A stretch of DNA of 64,000 bases, from positions 111,788,001 through 111,852,000 of the forward strand of contig NC_087436.1 of NCBI RefSeq assembly GCF_036321535.1. Reading direction: 5' to 3'. The notes below the pieces were generated by a model that saw only the letters and a list, made by a program, of their open reading frames with translations, did not search any database and was not told the DNA's origin. Source of the stretch: Camelus dromedarius. Taxonomy: Eukaryota. Position 1 is the first letter of the stretch, and the number at the start of each line of letters is the position of its first letter. This document shows positions 61,985 to 64,000 of the stretch, in pieces. A program made the position numbers and the translations under genes.

Positions 61985-64000
61985 ATTGTTGAATTTTTTC
62001 TTTTTTGGAAAATTTTAAATATACACAAAAATTGAATAGATAAAATAACAAATTCACAGGTACTCATTACTCAGTTTCAATGATTATCAACTAATGGCCA
62101 ATTTATTTCATCTATACTTTCACCCAGTTCCTCCTCTCTTCCTACTGTGAGTCAATCCCCATTGTCATAGCATTTTCTCCATAAATATAGCAATATATAT
62201 GTTAAACAGGTAAAAACTTAAAAGCACTCAGAATTTGAAATGTATTAAATATTGTAGACATTATGGATAAGAAATCATACATTGTTTTCATTTTTAATCT
62301 CTAATTAGTCAAAAATTTAGGCATATTTTCATATGTTTATCCACTGGTAGGTATTCTTTACATTCATAGTTAGTTTATGTCTCTTATTTATATATTGTTA
62401 TTAATATTTGTATTGATTTTAAAGTTCTTCCTAAGTTTTGTTAATGTTTCAGTTCCTATTGCTCTATAATAAACCATTCTAAATCTCAAAAACAGATAAA
62501 AACTCTTTTAAAAACATAACCCCATTTCATTGCTATGCAGAAACACAATAGCAATAAATTATCAATATTAAGTATCCTGTCATTCGAATTTCCAACTGTC
62601 TCATAAATGTCATCTTTTAAAAAACATTTTGTTTGTCTGAATCAGAATTTAATAAGGTCCATATATTGTGATAATTTGATAAGTATTTTAAGTTTATTTT
62701 AATCTATAGATTGTTTTTCTCTTTTTCTTTTTCCTATTATTTATTTTGAAGAAAATGGGTCATTTGTTTCATAGTCCTTTCATCACATTTATGATAAAAT
62801 TTATAATTCACATGATTACTCAACTGTGTTATTTCTCAAAGCAAATACAACAGCATCAAAAATAACATTGCCATAGTCAATATTATTACTTTTAAAAGTT
62901 TACACATATTTGGGGTGGTGGGCTGTTTTTTTTTTTCCCTTAAAGTTTATTCCACTAGGGGTAGAAAGTCAAATTACTATGTCTTACAATCACTTGGAAT
63001 TCTTTTTCTCTTGTGGATTTGATGCAGACTAAATACACAGTGAAGTTCATCTGTTTCATTTTACTTTCTGTTGTTAATTATAAATTTTTAGAAGTTAAGT
63101 TTTGTTTTAAATTGTATAAATTATTTGCATGCTTTGAAAGTCAAGTTCACAAAACCAACCCCTCATAGGTACCCTTTTAAAAATGTTTTATGGTTTCTCC
63201 TTCCATCATTTACTTTTTATTAATAAAAAGAGCTACATACATCTCTCCCTGTACTTAAAAATAGCACACTATTCACACTTTGTTTACTTTTTCTTTTTCA
63301 TGTAATATATCTTGGGTCTCACTCTATAATGGTATATAGATAGAGCTATTCTTTATTAGTCTATAAAGTTGCATGGTACTGCATTGTATGAATATATCAG
63401 AGTTTATTCGACCAATTCCCTATTGATGGACATTTGGATCATTTTTCCTGTAATTGGGTCATTTTGCCGTAATTAATTCTGCAATAAATAACATTGAAAT
63501 TATAAGGTCTTGACCTTCCTTCCTCTATTTTGTATCCAGTGTTTTTGGTATACATTCCTAGGGGTGTGATTGTTAAGTCAAAGTTTAAATACCCATATAA
63601 TTTTGTAAGATATTGCCAAATTTCCTTCTGTAAGAATTGTACCACGTTGTCTATTCATAAGCAACGTATGAAAGTGCCTATTTGCCTAAAAAGCTTTGGC
63701 TATAGGATTTTTACCAAACTCAGAAGAAAGTTTGGATTTGCTGCCTAATATTTAAGAAATGACATCTCAATTTATCTGAAGCAGATTTCTTTTATTACGA
63801 GTGAAATCGAGCAAGCATTTATTGATTTAGTCATTTAAATTTATTTTTCAGTGAATCATTTATCTATTCCCTAGTTCATTTTCTATAAAATTGTAAGCTT
63901 TTAAAAATATTGAAACTCTGTAGATGTTAGCAATATTTACAAATATTTATTTATTGTTATATAAGGAGCTAAGTTTTCCCAGTTTGACTTTTTCCTCTTT
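61985..64000 (-). mobile_element. Old L1 (L1MC/ME) 3' fragments
   Basis: ggaaaattttaaatatacacaaaa..., accaattccctattgatggacatttggatcattt, gatattgccaaatttcc; T-rich, no ORF. Confidence 0.75.

Noticed and set aside
3900..62160. Scattered AP-1 sites (TGA[C/G]TCA)
   Set aside because: Count is not clearly above chance and many lie within repeats
1..64000. CRISPR array, operon or other prokaryote-type novel system
   Set aside because: No regularly spaced direct repeats and no dense ORFs; the sequence is mammalian non-coding DNA

Overview
This is mammalian, repeat-rich, non-coding DNA. It is most likely from a camelid (camel, alpaca or llama), because it carries three copies of a short tRNA-derived SINE and L1 3' ends of the camelid type. 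I recognise no protein-coding gene, processed pseudogene, true tRNA/rRNA, CRISPR array or prokaryote-type system. The ORF track consists of chance ORFs and decayed transposon frames; the only clearly recognisable protein remnants are L1 ORF2p pieces and a hAT-Charlie transposase N-terminus. Much of the window is fossil mobile DNA: a ~5.7 kb antisense L1 block (15.9-21.5 kb) splitting a Charlie element, many MaLR/ERVL/ERV1 solo LTRs, L2, MIR and DNA-transposon MITEs, with several nested insertions. The most interesting non-repeat signals are small CpG-retaining patches. These include a candidate exon/promoter at 34.3-34.6 kb (CArG box, splice sites, Kozak ATG) and a FOX + RFX X-box + TATA module at 58.7-58.8 kb. 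There is also a double AT-rich palindrome at 61.42-61.48 kb. Repeat family names come from recalled consensus similarity, not a database search, and boundaries are approximate.
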